This document shows, in pieces, positions 37,910 through 50,190 of a DNA stretch of 64,000 nt (positions are counted from its first letter, which is position 1; each line of letters opens with the position of its first letter). A program made the translations under genes and the position numbers. Source of the stretch: Eledone cirrhosa (taxonomy: Eukaryota); assembly GCA_964016885.1 (NCBI GenBank), contig OZ024742.1, forward strand, positions 254,324,001 through 254,388,000. Direction: 5' to 3'. The notes beneath the pieces were generated by a model. That model worked only from the letters and a program-made list of their open reading frames with translations. It was not told the origin of the DNA and made no database searches.

Positions 37910-40900
37910 CAGGCATGTTTTTTTGTCAAGGGTCTTTGATGTTTATGTCTTGCCTATTATCATTTATTTGCCTGTATGCATGTATCCCATGATCCCATTG
38001 GATGGTAACATTCTCTCTTTCAGTGACCGGATGTGGATGGTGTTTATACCAGTTCTTAGAGTGCTGGATATCATAGTTTGGCATATGCTCCACTGCAAGT
38101 ATTGGCCAACTTGAGTATGCCTGGTTCTATATTCTGTAGGAGCAAGGACTGAGCAAATGGCAACAATGTGATCAATGCTCTCAAGTGTTTCATCACAGAG
38201 TCTGCACATAGTATTTGCCCCACTATGCCAGACAGATAAATCCTTCTGTTTTGAGCGACTAAGATAAATCCTTCTGTTTTGGCTTTCAAACCTGTGCTAT
38301 GTAGCTACTAATGGGTTCTTTTCATATCTATATCAGCTTACCCAGCTCATTTGGGGTATAGCACATGCAGTGGTTTTTCTTGCTATAGTCGTATCATTTC
38401 TTTTAAGCCTTCGTGTTTGTCTTACACTATTTTGTTTGCTGCCTTAGTGGGTAGCATGTTCTTGTTATCATCATCATGATCAGAAAGGTTAAGCTCTCAT
38501 CTGTATTTATATGTCTCCTTTGAGATTGAGTGCAGTTTCTTATTCTGTGTATGTTTTCCTATCAACTGTATCATCCAATCAGTCTTACTTTTGATGTACA
38601 TTTGGAGTCTTATTGTGGCCATTTTATAGGATTTTTCAAGTTGGATAAGTCCTCTACCACCCTTTTTTCATGGGAGATAGGGCATATGGATGTCTGCTTT
38701 TGGATGATACATTCTTAATGTCAACAGTTTCCTAGTTCTTATGTCCATACATTGGATTTCACTCAAATTCCAGTTGATGACATTAATCGCTACACTGGAC
38801 GACAAGCACAGTTAGGGAATTTATAGCTTCAATTCTATTCTGGGAGTTAAGCTGAGTATTTAGGACCATTCTAACACGTCTATAATATTATTTCTTGATC
38901 TCTTTCATTGATCTATGCTGAATCCCTTTCTGTTCATTTACAGCAAGTTACTTATAAAAGCCTTCTTGATCCATTTCCTTGATAGTCGTATCATTATCAA
39001 GATGGGTCAAGGTAGTAACTGTCAATTTATCATGTTTAAATGTAGCTTTTGCACACATATCTCGACCACATAGAACAAATGTGAGATGATCCTATCAAAA
39101 ATTTTATAACTGTAATTTGTTCTATTCAACACTTGGAACAAGGGAATGACAGAAAGACAGAAGAGATGAGGAGAAAGTGAATTGCTCTGAAATATTCCAC
39201 AACCTATTTTGATATTTTCTGACACAGTCAAGCCTTTCTCATGACTGAGAAACAATTTCATGTTCCACAATCCCATACTAAGTTGCAAAAATCTTTTTAT
39301 GAAAAGAGAGATCATGTATATGTCTACTGTTTTAGAGATCCAGCTATGTGGGACACATTATGCAATAAGATTTTAATTTTTCAGTGAGCAATTCTTGAGC
39401 ATCATTCAGTTCATTAATAGCAACTGTATGAGTTTCTTTTGCATCTTTTTTTCTCAACAGGATAGATGTTGTTTTGATTGAGAAATAGCTACATTCTTTT
39501 GGTAAGTATGGATGTAAGTATTTTGTAGATAGTTGTTAAACAAGAGATCGGCCTGTAGTTTTTTGTTGTTTTGTTTCACTTGTCTAAGGGAGTAGGTATG
39601 TTATCCCTAGTGTGAACCAATTTGTAGTCTTTATGGAGTTTCTGATGCTATCACAGAAACATTCCATTAACTGACGGTGGGTTGATGTGAGGCTATTAAG
39701 CCAGAAGTTTAGGATTTTATCATGTCCAAGGGATTTCCAATTATAAGCTTTAAATAAGGGTTGAGTTAGTTCCTGCATTGCAATATCCTCCCATTCTTGT
39801 TCTTAAATCTCAGTCAATTTTTCTTTTCCTCCCCCTACCCATTCAGCTGTTTCATTAAGTTCCTTTCTCATTTCTATATGCTTTTCCAAAATTTCTCTAC
39901 TTCTTTCATATCAGGTGGATTGTTTTTACATTTATCGACTGTTTCCTTAATTCTCTGTAGAATTTCTTAGTATCAGTTTTAAATATCTTATTTTGTCTGT
40001 AAAATTTGTTTCACTTTTTTATATTTGTGCAAGTGTGGGGCTTTAACCTAAACTTTTTGCTTAACCATCCCTTTTGCTCTCAGGATTACATTCACGTTTA
40101 TCAGATTGTCCTTTCATTTCAAATTTCTAGCTATTCTTGGTTTTACATTATTTCATTTGGAGAGTTCATCTAAGACCAATAATTCCCATTGGAAGTGCTC
40201 AATTTCCTCATTTATGCATTCTTTCCACTTTGGCTGTTCGAATAATTTTTTTTTGCCTTTTTTCATTATTGTGATGCCTATTTTCTTTGTGGCAACAATA
40301 TATTTTGAGTCTATGGTGGGTTTAATGAAGTTAAATCTGTCTTAGATTTAAGGAGAAGTTGCTACAGAGCATTTTGACCATACAATGATTTGATTTGGTG
40401 TTCTGAAAGTTTGGTAATTGATCTCTCTCATTTATTTCTAGACGTTTAGAAATGTCTAAATCTCAAGATATCGTTTTTTGACTCAAGTATTTTCTCTCTA
40501 TGGCTTCAGCAAATGTGTTAGCGATTGCAGCTTAAGGTTCATTCCTACATTCTGTTACCTCAGTTTCAGCTCAACCTACTACTTCTGGTTCTAAGATGTC
40601 TACATCAACATAATGCTCAGAGGTGTCTCTATCAATAGGTTGAATAATATTTTCCTGTTCGTTATTCCCAGTGTCTGCATCATGTGCTTCAGGTCAATTT
40701 TCTAATATGATAACAATATTATTTTTGATTGCTACTAATTCTGCGGTTGTAAGATGGTTGTTATGCATGTGTCAGTGTGCATTGGCTAGTTTGTCTTTTA
40801 CATTAATATAATCATGGGTGTTGTCCTTTAGCATTTCTCTCCAGATATTAAAACACAACTCAGTTTTATTACATCCTAGTTGATTCAGTGCTGTGAATAA

Positions 40901-40980
40901 TGCTGTAATGATTTCTTCCTACACTTCTCTTGCCCATCTTTAGTCATTCTTTTGATATTTCTGTTATTAAGCATTTGTCT
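37910..40980 (-). mobile_element. Degenerate R4/Dong element, fourth family
   Basis: NWKSLGHDKILNFWL, GIFQSNSLSP, KTEGFILVAQ, CRLCDETLESIDHIVAIC..RH. Confidence 0.85.
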
Positions 40981-41089
40981 TAAGGTGTTAAGGTTGATTT
41001 CTCACTTCTAATTTCCCTCAAGATAATTTTTTAATAGGCTCATGTATATTATGCCCATGTATCTATATAAACTATATATACACATTATG

Positions 41090-41432
41090 AAGGCATGTGG
41101 CTTAGTGTTTGGAGTTTTGGGCTTATAATTGTGATGTCATGAGTTTGATTCCTGGATGGGTGGTGTGTCGTGTCCTTGAGTAATGCACTTTATTTCATGC
41201 TGCTCCAGTTTACTCAGATGTAGAAATGAGTTGTGATGTCAATGGTACCAAGCTGTATTGGCCTTTGCTTTCCCCTTGGACAACATCAGTGGTATAGAGA
41301 GGGGAGACTAGTATGCATGGGCGACTGCTGGTCTTCTATAAAAACGTTGCTCAGACTTGTGTCTTTGAGGAGAACTTTCTAGGTGCAAAACCCATGGTTA
41401 TTCATGACAAAAAGGGGTCTTTACTTTATTTA
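41090..41432 (+). mobile_element. SINE family B
   Basis: tggcttagtg A box, gagtttgattcc B box-like, tgtgtccttgag core, ctttacttta tail. Confidence 0.8.
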
Positions 41433-42646
41433 CACACTCTATTAGATGGCTGTTTACTTTCTTGATTTCCTCCACTCTTTGGTAGGTTTTGTTTTTCTTC
41501 AAGCAGGGTGCCTGAAAATCACCCTCCTTGCCAAAAACAAAAACAAAGACATCCCTTCTACGAAACTCTAACCTCTTTAATATCTATTTAACATGCAAGA
41601 AACCTTTTAGGTAAACACACTGCTATAATTTTCTAGCCATATAATAGATTTCCAAACCGTAAAAACAAACAAGCTTCTTCTATTTTATAAAGGTCTAAGA
41701 GTTATGCCCCTTATCTAATTGACAATCTCCACCCCTAACCAAGTTCTCTGCCCTTCCTTAAGAACTCTCTAGTAGAACGTTATTCCTAACATCAATAGCA
41801 AGGATATTGAATTGACGATGGCAAAGTGGTGAGCCTTGTTACCCTGAAGTTTCACCTGTGCCCTCACAGGACCATCAGACAAGACAGTTGTGTCTTATGA
41901 TCCTGTAAATACACAGGTGAAAATTCATATGAACAAGACTCATTACTTAACTATAATAAAGAATATTTAAACTCTACTTTGTTATTGAGTGCTCATTCTC
42001 AACACCATATGGATGTGTGTGTGTGTCTGTGTGAGTGTGTGTATATATATATAATATATTTATACATTTCTCTCCTGCATATCTCCCTCATGTCTCTCTC
42101 CCATGCAATAACATTACACTTCACACGATATATAACATATAAGTGACAGAATAAGAAAGAAGTCTGATGAAAGATAAAAGAATAAAAGATCATATAGAAT
42201 AGATTCATTGGTGAGCTTAGGATTAAGAAAGGGAAAGATAAGGTGAAATGAAAAGCTATGGATAAAAATAGAAAGTTAAAATATATAGGCAAATTAAATT
42301 AAATTAAAATGTAACCTGTAATGACATTAAACAGAGCACGAGGAATAGGATTGGCAATGAAAAAGATGGAATAGAAAATTGCAATATGTTGCACTGAAAA
42401 TGGTGAATAAAGATATTGGAAAACATTATTATAAAGGATAAAATTAGTAGATTAGCAACAAAAAGGGAAAATGATATTTTAATATAAACAGAAATAGATG
42501 TTAAGGAATATATATAAACATACATACACACATATATATATGTATATGTATATGTATATCCCACCCTTGCAAGCAGTGAAAAAGTGGACGTAAAATGAAA
42601 TGATGATGATGATATATATATATATACACACACACACACATATATA

Positions 42647-43535
42647 TGAGGTGTGTCAGAAAAGTTCCAGGACTGATGTCACAAAAGATTTATTTCAAAC
42701 CCAAACTTCATACTAAGAGTTTTCTCCTTCAAAGTAATCCCCCTGGAGTCTAATGCATCCTTTTCTGCCACGCTTGCATGCACTCCTGGAAGGATTCTTC
42801 CGGGATCCTCCGCAGTTCCGTCGTCACGGCCTTTTTGATATCATCCACATCTTCAAAACAGGTCCCCTTGATGACCCCCTTGAGCATCCATGACTCATCA
42901 CCAGTGATGACTGTCCCTAGCAAGTCTACTTCGGTTTCAAGACGGTCGAGGATGTCCTGGCACACATGCATGCGTCAACCCTTCTGGTCATCGTTCAGCA
43001 GTTTTGGCACCAACTTCATGCAGAATTTCTGCATGTTCAAATCTTCAGTGAGAATCTTCCAGACGCTGACTCGATTCATGCCCAGCTCATTTGCCATCAG
43101 TCGAACAGTCAGCCGATGATCGCTACGCACCATCTGCTGGACCCGCTCACCGTTGACCTCAGTCCTGATTGTTGAGGGCCTTCCGCTCCTGGGGTCATCT
43201 CCCACATCCTCGCATCCTTCTTTAAACCTCTTGCACCACTCAAAAACACATGAGCATGACATCGTCTCATCTCCATACACTTGCTGCAGCAATCCCAGTG
43301 CTTCTGATGGAGTTTTCCCCAACCGTTCGTTGCTCTGTGCTCATTGCTTGATGACCTGAAACAGAGGACATGTATATAAAATTATGAAGAAAAAAGTTTG
43401 ATCACTGCAGAGAGCTAAGATTACAGTTACATACTCCAGGGGGATTACTTTGAAGGAGAAAACTCTTAGTGTGAAGTTTGGGTTTGAAATAAATCTTTTG
43501 TGACATCAGTCCAGGAACTTTTCTGACACACCTCA
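42647..43535 (-). mobile_element. Internally deleted mariner with ~104-bp TIRs and TA TSD
   Basis: TA|TGAGGTGTGTCAGAAAAGTTCC ... GGAACTTTTCTGACACACCTCA|TA; HTH region (DDPRSGRPST), LVPKLL, VITGDESW fused directly to the C-terminus. Confidence 0.92.
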
Positions 43536-43767
43536 TATATATATATAAATATAAATATATCATCATTTTTCATTTTTCATCATTATATATATATATATAC
43601 ATACATACATATATATTCATATGCATAAACAACATAAACAACTACTTCTGTATAATTGAAAAGTGATCAATGATAAAGTGGTAGTGCTGATGCCACAATA
43701 AAATGTACCCAGTGCACACTGATGATGATATATACAGATGTGTGTGTGTGTATATATATATATAATG

Positions 43768-44153
43768 GAGACACATGGCTTGGTGGTTAGAGCATTGGCC
43801 TTGCAATCGAAAGGTTGTGAGTTCAATTCTCAGACTAGGTGATGTGTTGTTTCCTTGAGCAAGACACTTTATTTCACATTGCTCCAGTTTACTCAGCTGT
43901 AGAAATGAGATGATAGGGACTGGGGTTCCTATCATTCCACTGCAAAGTGGTTGTGGAGGTTCCACGGCAAAAAAGCACCCAGCCCACTCTGTAAAGTGGA
44001 CGTGAAGGTGCAACGGCAAAAAAGCACCCAGCACTCACTGTAAATGAGGTTGGTGTTAGGAAGGGCATCCAGCTGTAGAAATCAAGCCAGAATCAGTTCC
44101 CATCCCGCCCTTGCAAGCAGGGAAAAGCGGACGTAAAATGATGATGATGATGA
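43768..44153 (+). mobile_element. SINE B head and core joined to an RTE-type 3' tail
   Basis: tggcttggtggttagagc..gagttcaattc; 3' GGTGTTAGGAAGGGCATCCAGCTGTAGAAA..CGGACGTAAAATGATGATG. Confidence 0.85.
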
Positions 44154-44195
44154 TATATACACTGACATATATACATTCATACATACATACACATA

Positions 44196-45482
44196 CAGGG
44201 TGCAGACAATATTTGTTTGCAAGATTACTTGTCTAGGAAAGAATAACACAGTAGTTTTATTTTTTAAGATATATTTATCAAACTTGGGTCAGTTTGTCTT
44301 CATGACTTCTTCTTTCGATCTCACTCATTAAACCCGCCATTGGCTTTGATGATGGCCTCAAGGCGGCCTCGGAACCGGCTACAGGCCTTTGTCACTGTCC
44401 CCTGACTTACCCCTAAAGGTACTTGTGATCCTGGCCTTCAGATCGTCTTTCGTATTGCAGCTAGATCTGCGCCACTGCACCCCACACAAAGAAGTCGGGG
44501 GGAGGTTGCAGTCAGGTGAGCTGGGAGGCCAGATGTCAGGTGAAATGTGGTCGACGAAGTTCTCTGACAGCCAGGCTTGTGTCTTTCGGCTGGTATGGCA
44601 GGACGCTGAGTCTTGCTGCTACACGTACGGCCTACCTGCAGCTACCTGGTCGATCCAGGGCTTTACTAACTCGCTCAGAATGCAGATATAGCCATCAGTG
44701 TTCAGCTTGAGGCCCTCAGGGAAGAAGTGAGGTGGCATGACGTCACCTTGACTGCTGACGACACCTAAGACCAATGTTGTCGCTGGAAACTTTATCTGCA
44801 TGACTCTGGGCATGTCTTTGGATGAGACAGCGAGCCACCTGTTGTTCTGGGAGTTGATCCTCTGGTCTTGGCAGAAGTTTTTCTCGTCGGAGAAAAACCA
44901 CAGCATGTCTGGCTCCAGAGGGTGTTTCAACTTGTTGATCAGCTTCTTTGCGTGCTTCAGTCACTTTTCTTGCATCGCCTTTGACAGAAATTGCCCTTTC
45001 CTCATCTTGTATGAAATATAGCGAATGTCTTCATGTACCACCAGCCTAATGAGCTTTTCATCCACACCTTTCTCCCTTGCAATGGCACGCATCGGCTTGC
45101 TAGGTTCATTGTTGATTATATCCTGAACTTCAGCGACGAACTCGGGTGTTCTGAAGGCGTCAGATCGTCGATCATATCTTTTCCTCTCTGATGTTGCTTC
45201 ATAGTCGAATCCTGAATCTTCCAATTCCTTTCTGACCTTTTCCACCATTCTCCTGTTGACGCTGAGAAAGTCTGAAATTTCCTTATTTGTCCTCCCAGCA
45301 CGGATTCCAAGAAGAACTCCATGTCTCTTCCACAAATTTGGAGGTTCAAAATTATTCATAATCAATTATTCTGAAAATAAATAATGGAAATATAGTTAAT
45401 GTTTTTATGAAGACAAGAGTGACAACGGAAGTATGAAAAATTTGCATAAAATTAGCAGTTGAAAATTGCGAACAACACCCTG
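44196..45482 (-). mobile_element. Tc1/mariner element of maT/DD37D type, frameshifted
   Basis: TA|CAGGGTG ... CACCCTG|TA; WFFSDEKNF, QQDSASCH, WPPSSPDCN. Confidence 0.85.
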
Positions 45483-45634
45483 TATATATAATATGGGTAT
45501 ATATGAAAACATAGTATATGTTTATATACAATAAACATATGAGTAGCCAAGCTATTAAAGAAAAAATATTTTTTTCATAACAGAAAAATTATTTTTCTGT
45601 TTTTCTATCTGAACATGTTAGTATGGTTGAGAAT

Positions 45635-45780
45635 GCCAGCCAGATTTGTTAATCTTTCATCAGTGGAAATAGATAAAATTTTGGGTGATGAACATTTGCT
45701 GCAGATGTTCATTTGCAAATAGAAAATAGAAAATATCAGCTGGGAATATTCATTTACATGTAGTGCAAACGTGGCTGGTC
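45635..45780. repeat. ~145-bp MITE-like element (TIR ccagccagatttg / caaacgtggctgg), related to ~30035-30120
   Basis: Imperfect 13-bp inverted termini; duplicated CATTTGCA-type motif. Confidence 0.5.
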
Positions 45781-46624
45781 ACAATTAATTGGCAGTAGCA
45801 CTAAGATAGCATTTAATCATAATATGGGTGCATATGAGAGCATATACTATATGTATATATGTAATAAACATATTAGTGGCCTCGTTATCAAAGAAAAACT
45901 GTTTCTTCATAATGGAAAAATTATTTTTCTCTATTTTTCTCCATACAGATGAATATGTCTATTAATGAAGTAGATGTCCATCTGTAAGCTCCAGTGCTTT
46001 CAGCTTGTAACTTCTACCTCAATAATATACCCACTCGTATCTCATCATGCAGCAAATACAACACTGATTTCTGATATGAAAAGTAAAGAATTATGACTTT
46101 AAACATTTCATTACAACATTTCTAATGGAACATATTGAATTTGAAATAATCGATGAAGTGCTTGAGTTCATTCACTAAAATCATTATTTCATTATTAAGT
46201 TGGTATTTGTAAGCACAAAATATTCTTATATCAAATTAGATGGAAGAATTAAATCTAAATAGATACCCTTTAAAACTGGTGGGTGTATTTGATAGAACCA
46301 GAGGCTATATTGGGTGGGTTGGTGTCAAAGGGGTTGATAAATTATCTACTTAGAAATAACACAAAGAAATATGAGATGAAATATAAGTGAAACCAGATTA
46401 GAGAAAATATAAGTATAATAGAGCAAATATAAAGAAGTAAGTGCAAAGATAGATGTTAAATATGATTGAATAAAATGAAAGAAGCTGAGTTAAGAATAGT
46501 TCTGTATTAAGGTGAATGCATAAATGAGAATTAAAAGATTTAAATAATGAAAAAAATGATTATTAAGATTAGACTTTATTTCAATATATAAATATAGATA
46601 TATGTGTATGTATGTGCATGCATG

Positions 46625-46661
<37 letters not shown>

Positions 46662-47214
46662 CGAAGGAAATGTGGTAAGGAACCAGGTGGACCATAACGC
46701 ACCAAAGTACTCAATACTTAGGGTAGTAGAGTGGGTAATAGGAACGAGTACGACCCCGACAGCTGAGCTCAAGTATATATATATATATATATATATATAC
46801 AAATGGAAGTTCAGTAAAATCGAAGATCTGGCTGCGACCAAGCTAGCGAATGCAATCCGGAATGTACAGCTAAGCACTCGATAAGGTAGAGTAATAACAT
46901 ACATTTAGAAAGCTTGACAAATTGAAGACTGCGACCAGTGAGCCAGCCGCAAGGACCAAAGCAATGAGAAAACCAACTCAGGATAATTTGACACACCTGG
47001 ACCATCCCATCGATATTATGCGATATCTCTGGTAGGTTTCTATGAATCTGAAATCAACAATTACACTTGCGGGGTATGTACAAATGGCTCACTAGAAATA
47101 TTTGACAACTTCTGGTAGCAGTGGAGCTAGTTAGTGTGAAAATATAGTAGACAGAGTGAGCACCAGATGGAAAAGGTTCAAAGAAATGCTACCTGTGCTG
47201 TTTACAAAGGGGTT

Positions 47215-47620
47215 TACTTTTAAAATAAAAGTCAGAGTGTATTCTGATGGTCTGTATACTATAATGTTGCATGGAAACTAGATTTGAGCTTTGAGTGTAG
47301 AGGATTTGCAAAGATGAAAGAAATAACAGGGATCATATCTAGTGGGCAAGAGAGAAGACAGCACTGGTAAGGCCAAGTGGTGGTATGGTCATGTGAAGTC
47401 ATGTGATGGTATGTGATAGTATGAAGGATGAGACATGATTAAAGAAGTGTAGAGAACTTGAGGGAACTTGTGGAAGTGGAAGAGCTATAAAAACATGGAA
47501 TGTGGTGAATGCTGACCTCAGAATGTTGGGCCTCATGGAGAATATGACAGAATCAAGTTGTCTTCTACAGAAGACTCACATTTCTACCTAAGAGGGATGA
47601 AACAAACATGGGTAGGATGG
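47215..47620 (+). mobile_element. Highly degenerate RTE 3' fragment
   Basis: MLHG, WYGHV and 3'UTR relics. Confidence 0.55.
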
Positions 47621-48082
47621 TAGTAAAGGGCAGAAAGTTGTAATGAATTTAGACTGGCTTCCATTTAGCACCCTCAATATCTGTCTTATCAACCAGTCCC
47701 CCCTCACACACTTGATCTTCCTCTCCGCCACCTTGGTATTTCCTGATTCTTCCTTCCCCGTATAACTCATGCAAGCATGGAAAGATAGATGTACCTCCTC
47801 TGTACTAGCAAATGCACTTCACTTACACCCCCCTCTCTCTCTCTCTCTTGAAGACCACTCCCACGATCTAACACTTAATCTCACTCCACTCATACCTCCA
47901 AATTTATTCTTGAATCCTCACTTTCCGGACCAACCAATACAGCCAGACTTCAAACCTGCCACCTCTAGAAAGGAATAGATAGATGTAGAAACCATGTAGC
48001 AATGGAACATAGAAGTAAAAGAGTGATGATGAGGACGATGATAAATATATATTATATATAGAGAGATCTGTATGAGATTGTA

Positions 48083-49415
48083 TCATCATCATCGTCCGCT
48101 TTTCCCTGCTTTCAAGTGTTGGACAGGTCCTATTCAGCACAGCATCTCTCCACTTGTCACGGTCCTTTGTCATCTCCTCGGTGAGTTTCAGCGATCTGAG
48201 GTCTGTTCTTACATCCCATGTTTTTCGTTGTCTACTTCTACTGCATCTTCCTTCTACTGGGATTTCTTGGCACTTCTTTACCCAGCGGTCATCCTCCATG
48301 TGCATCACATGTCCATACCCTCTCAGCCTTCTCTCCTGCACACCACAACTTATCCCTATTATACCCAGTTTCTTTCTCAACTCGTCTAGGCTTGGTCATT
48401 CATGGCATTGCACATCCAACGGGGAATACTTGCTTCATTTCTCTCCAGCCGTCGCACATCTTTTGCAGTCGCTGCCCATGTCTCACTACCATGCAGCATC
48501 GCGCATCTCACACAGGCATCATATAACTGTCCTTTCGTACGCAGGGAGAAACCCTTCTTTCTCAACAGAGGAAGCAGCTCCCTAAACTTCTTCCAACCTG
48601 TCCTTATTCTAGATACTATGGCCTTGGAACTACCCCCTCCCATGCTAATCTGATCACCTAGGTACCAGAAGCTATCAACCACTTCTATAGAACCTACCTG
48701 CATTGGAAAAATGTGTCTATCACTGCGATTACTACTGCCAACTTTCCCTGTACATCTACTGCATACGTAGTTTTCCCTACCTGTTAGTATGCCTGCTATC
48801 CCACTACATCTCTTGTGTACCCAAGATCTGCGTTGCGTACATTTTATGGTATTTATGCCAGTTCCTTTCCTACATATTGAACATGGCCATTTCCCCGATG
48901 GAATCAGAGTATTGTCCTCTCTTCTACTTATCAACACTTTTGTCTTAGCTATGTTCACTCTCAGTCCTCTTGATTCCAACTGCTGTTTCCATAGCCAGAA
49001 TTTATTCTCTAGATCCTCTACTGATTCTGCTATAAGAACCAGATCATCAGCATAGAGAAGTTCCCATGGGCAGCCAGTCTTAAACTCCTCTGTTATGGCT
49101 TGGAGGACTATAATGAACAAGAGTGGGCTGAGGACCGAACCCTGATGTACTCCTACTTGTATCTGGAATTCCTCACTAAACTCAATTCCTACCCTCACTT
49201 TACTGACAAAGTTTTCACTGTCCTCACAAGTCATTCCTCAACACCTAATTTCCTTAGGGACCACCAGATGACAGATCGGGGTACCCTATAAAGCTAAGTA
49301 TAGTGGCTTATTCTTCTCTAAGAACCTCTCTTGTAGTTGCCTACAAAACCAAACGGCATCTCATCTAATTCAAGCCTTTTTCTAATCAGTTGCGCTAATT
49401 TTCTCTCTGCCACTT
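48083..49415 (-). mobile_element. RTE fragment with short 3'UTR and (GAT)n tail
   Basis: ORF 48386-49234 [34 protein letters not shown]. Confidence 0.9.
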
Positions 49416-49518
49416 TCATAACCTGATCCATATATATGTGTGTGTGTATGTGTGTGTGTGTGTGTGAATGTGTGTGTATATATATATATAATGTGTGTGT
49501 GTGTGTGTGTGTGTGTGA

Positions 49519-49549
<31 letters not shown>

Positions 49550-49550
49550 A

Positions 49551-49791
49551 TTGAGATAAGCGGAACAAGTAAAATTCAAACAATCTTTCAAAGTAAACTA
49601 AAAAATATAATTTAAATATTTACATATCTATATTGCTTTTACGGTTTTACCATTGGAAGTCCCTCGGATTTCCAATCTTTTGTGAGGGGAAACCGTTGGT
49701 AAAAGCAATATGGATAGGTAAATATTTAAATTATATTTTTTTTATTTATTTTGAAAGATTGTTTGAACTTTACTTGTTCCGCTTATCTCAA
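49551..49791. repeat. Fold-back element with ~90-bp inverted arms (MITE-like)
   Basis: ttgagataagcggaacaagtaaa / tttacttgttccgcttatctcaa. Confidence 0.88.
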
Positions 49792-50056
49792 GTTTATAGT
49801 TCTGGTATGTCACATTAATACCATTGAACAACAACTGTATCATAGGCACCCTATATATTTCCAAGGGTACTTAGTAGCTGTGGGGATATTGATCTCATAT
49901 GTTGATTTAAAACTGAACTATCCACAAGTGTCTTTTAACCTTCAAATCATGTCCTCCTGTTTTATCTGATGAAAACACAAATATTATTGCATGATGATAT
50001 TTGTTTTTGAAATGCGCATAATAAAATACATGGAACTCTTTTAACCATCTTTTGTT

Positions 50057-50175
<119 letters not shown>

Positions 50176-50190
50176 TTCAGAGTTGGTACC

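Noticed and set aside
46800-47045. GC-richer segment as a possible recombinase or exon fragment
   Set aside because: No motif could be recognised; left unannotated.
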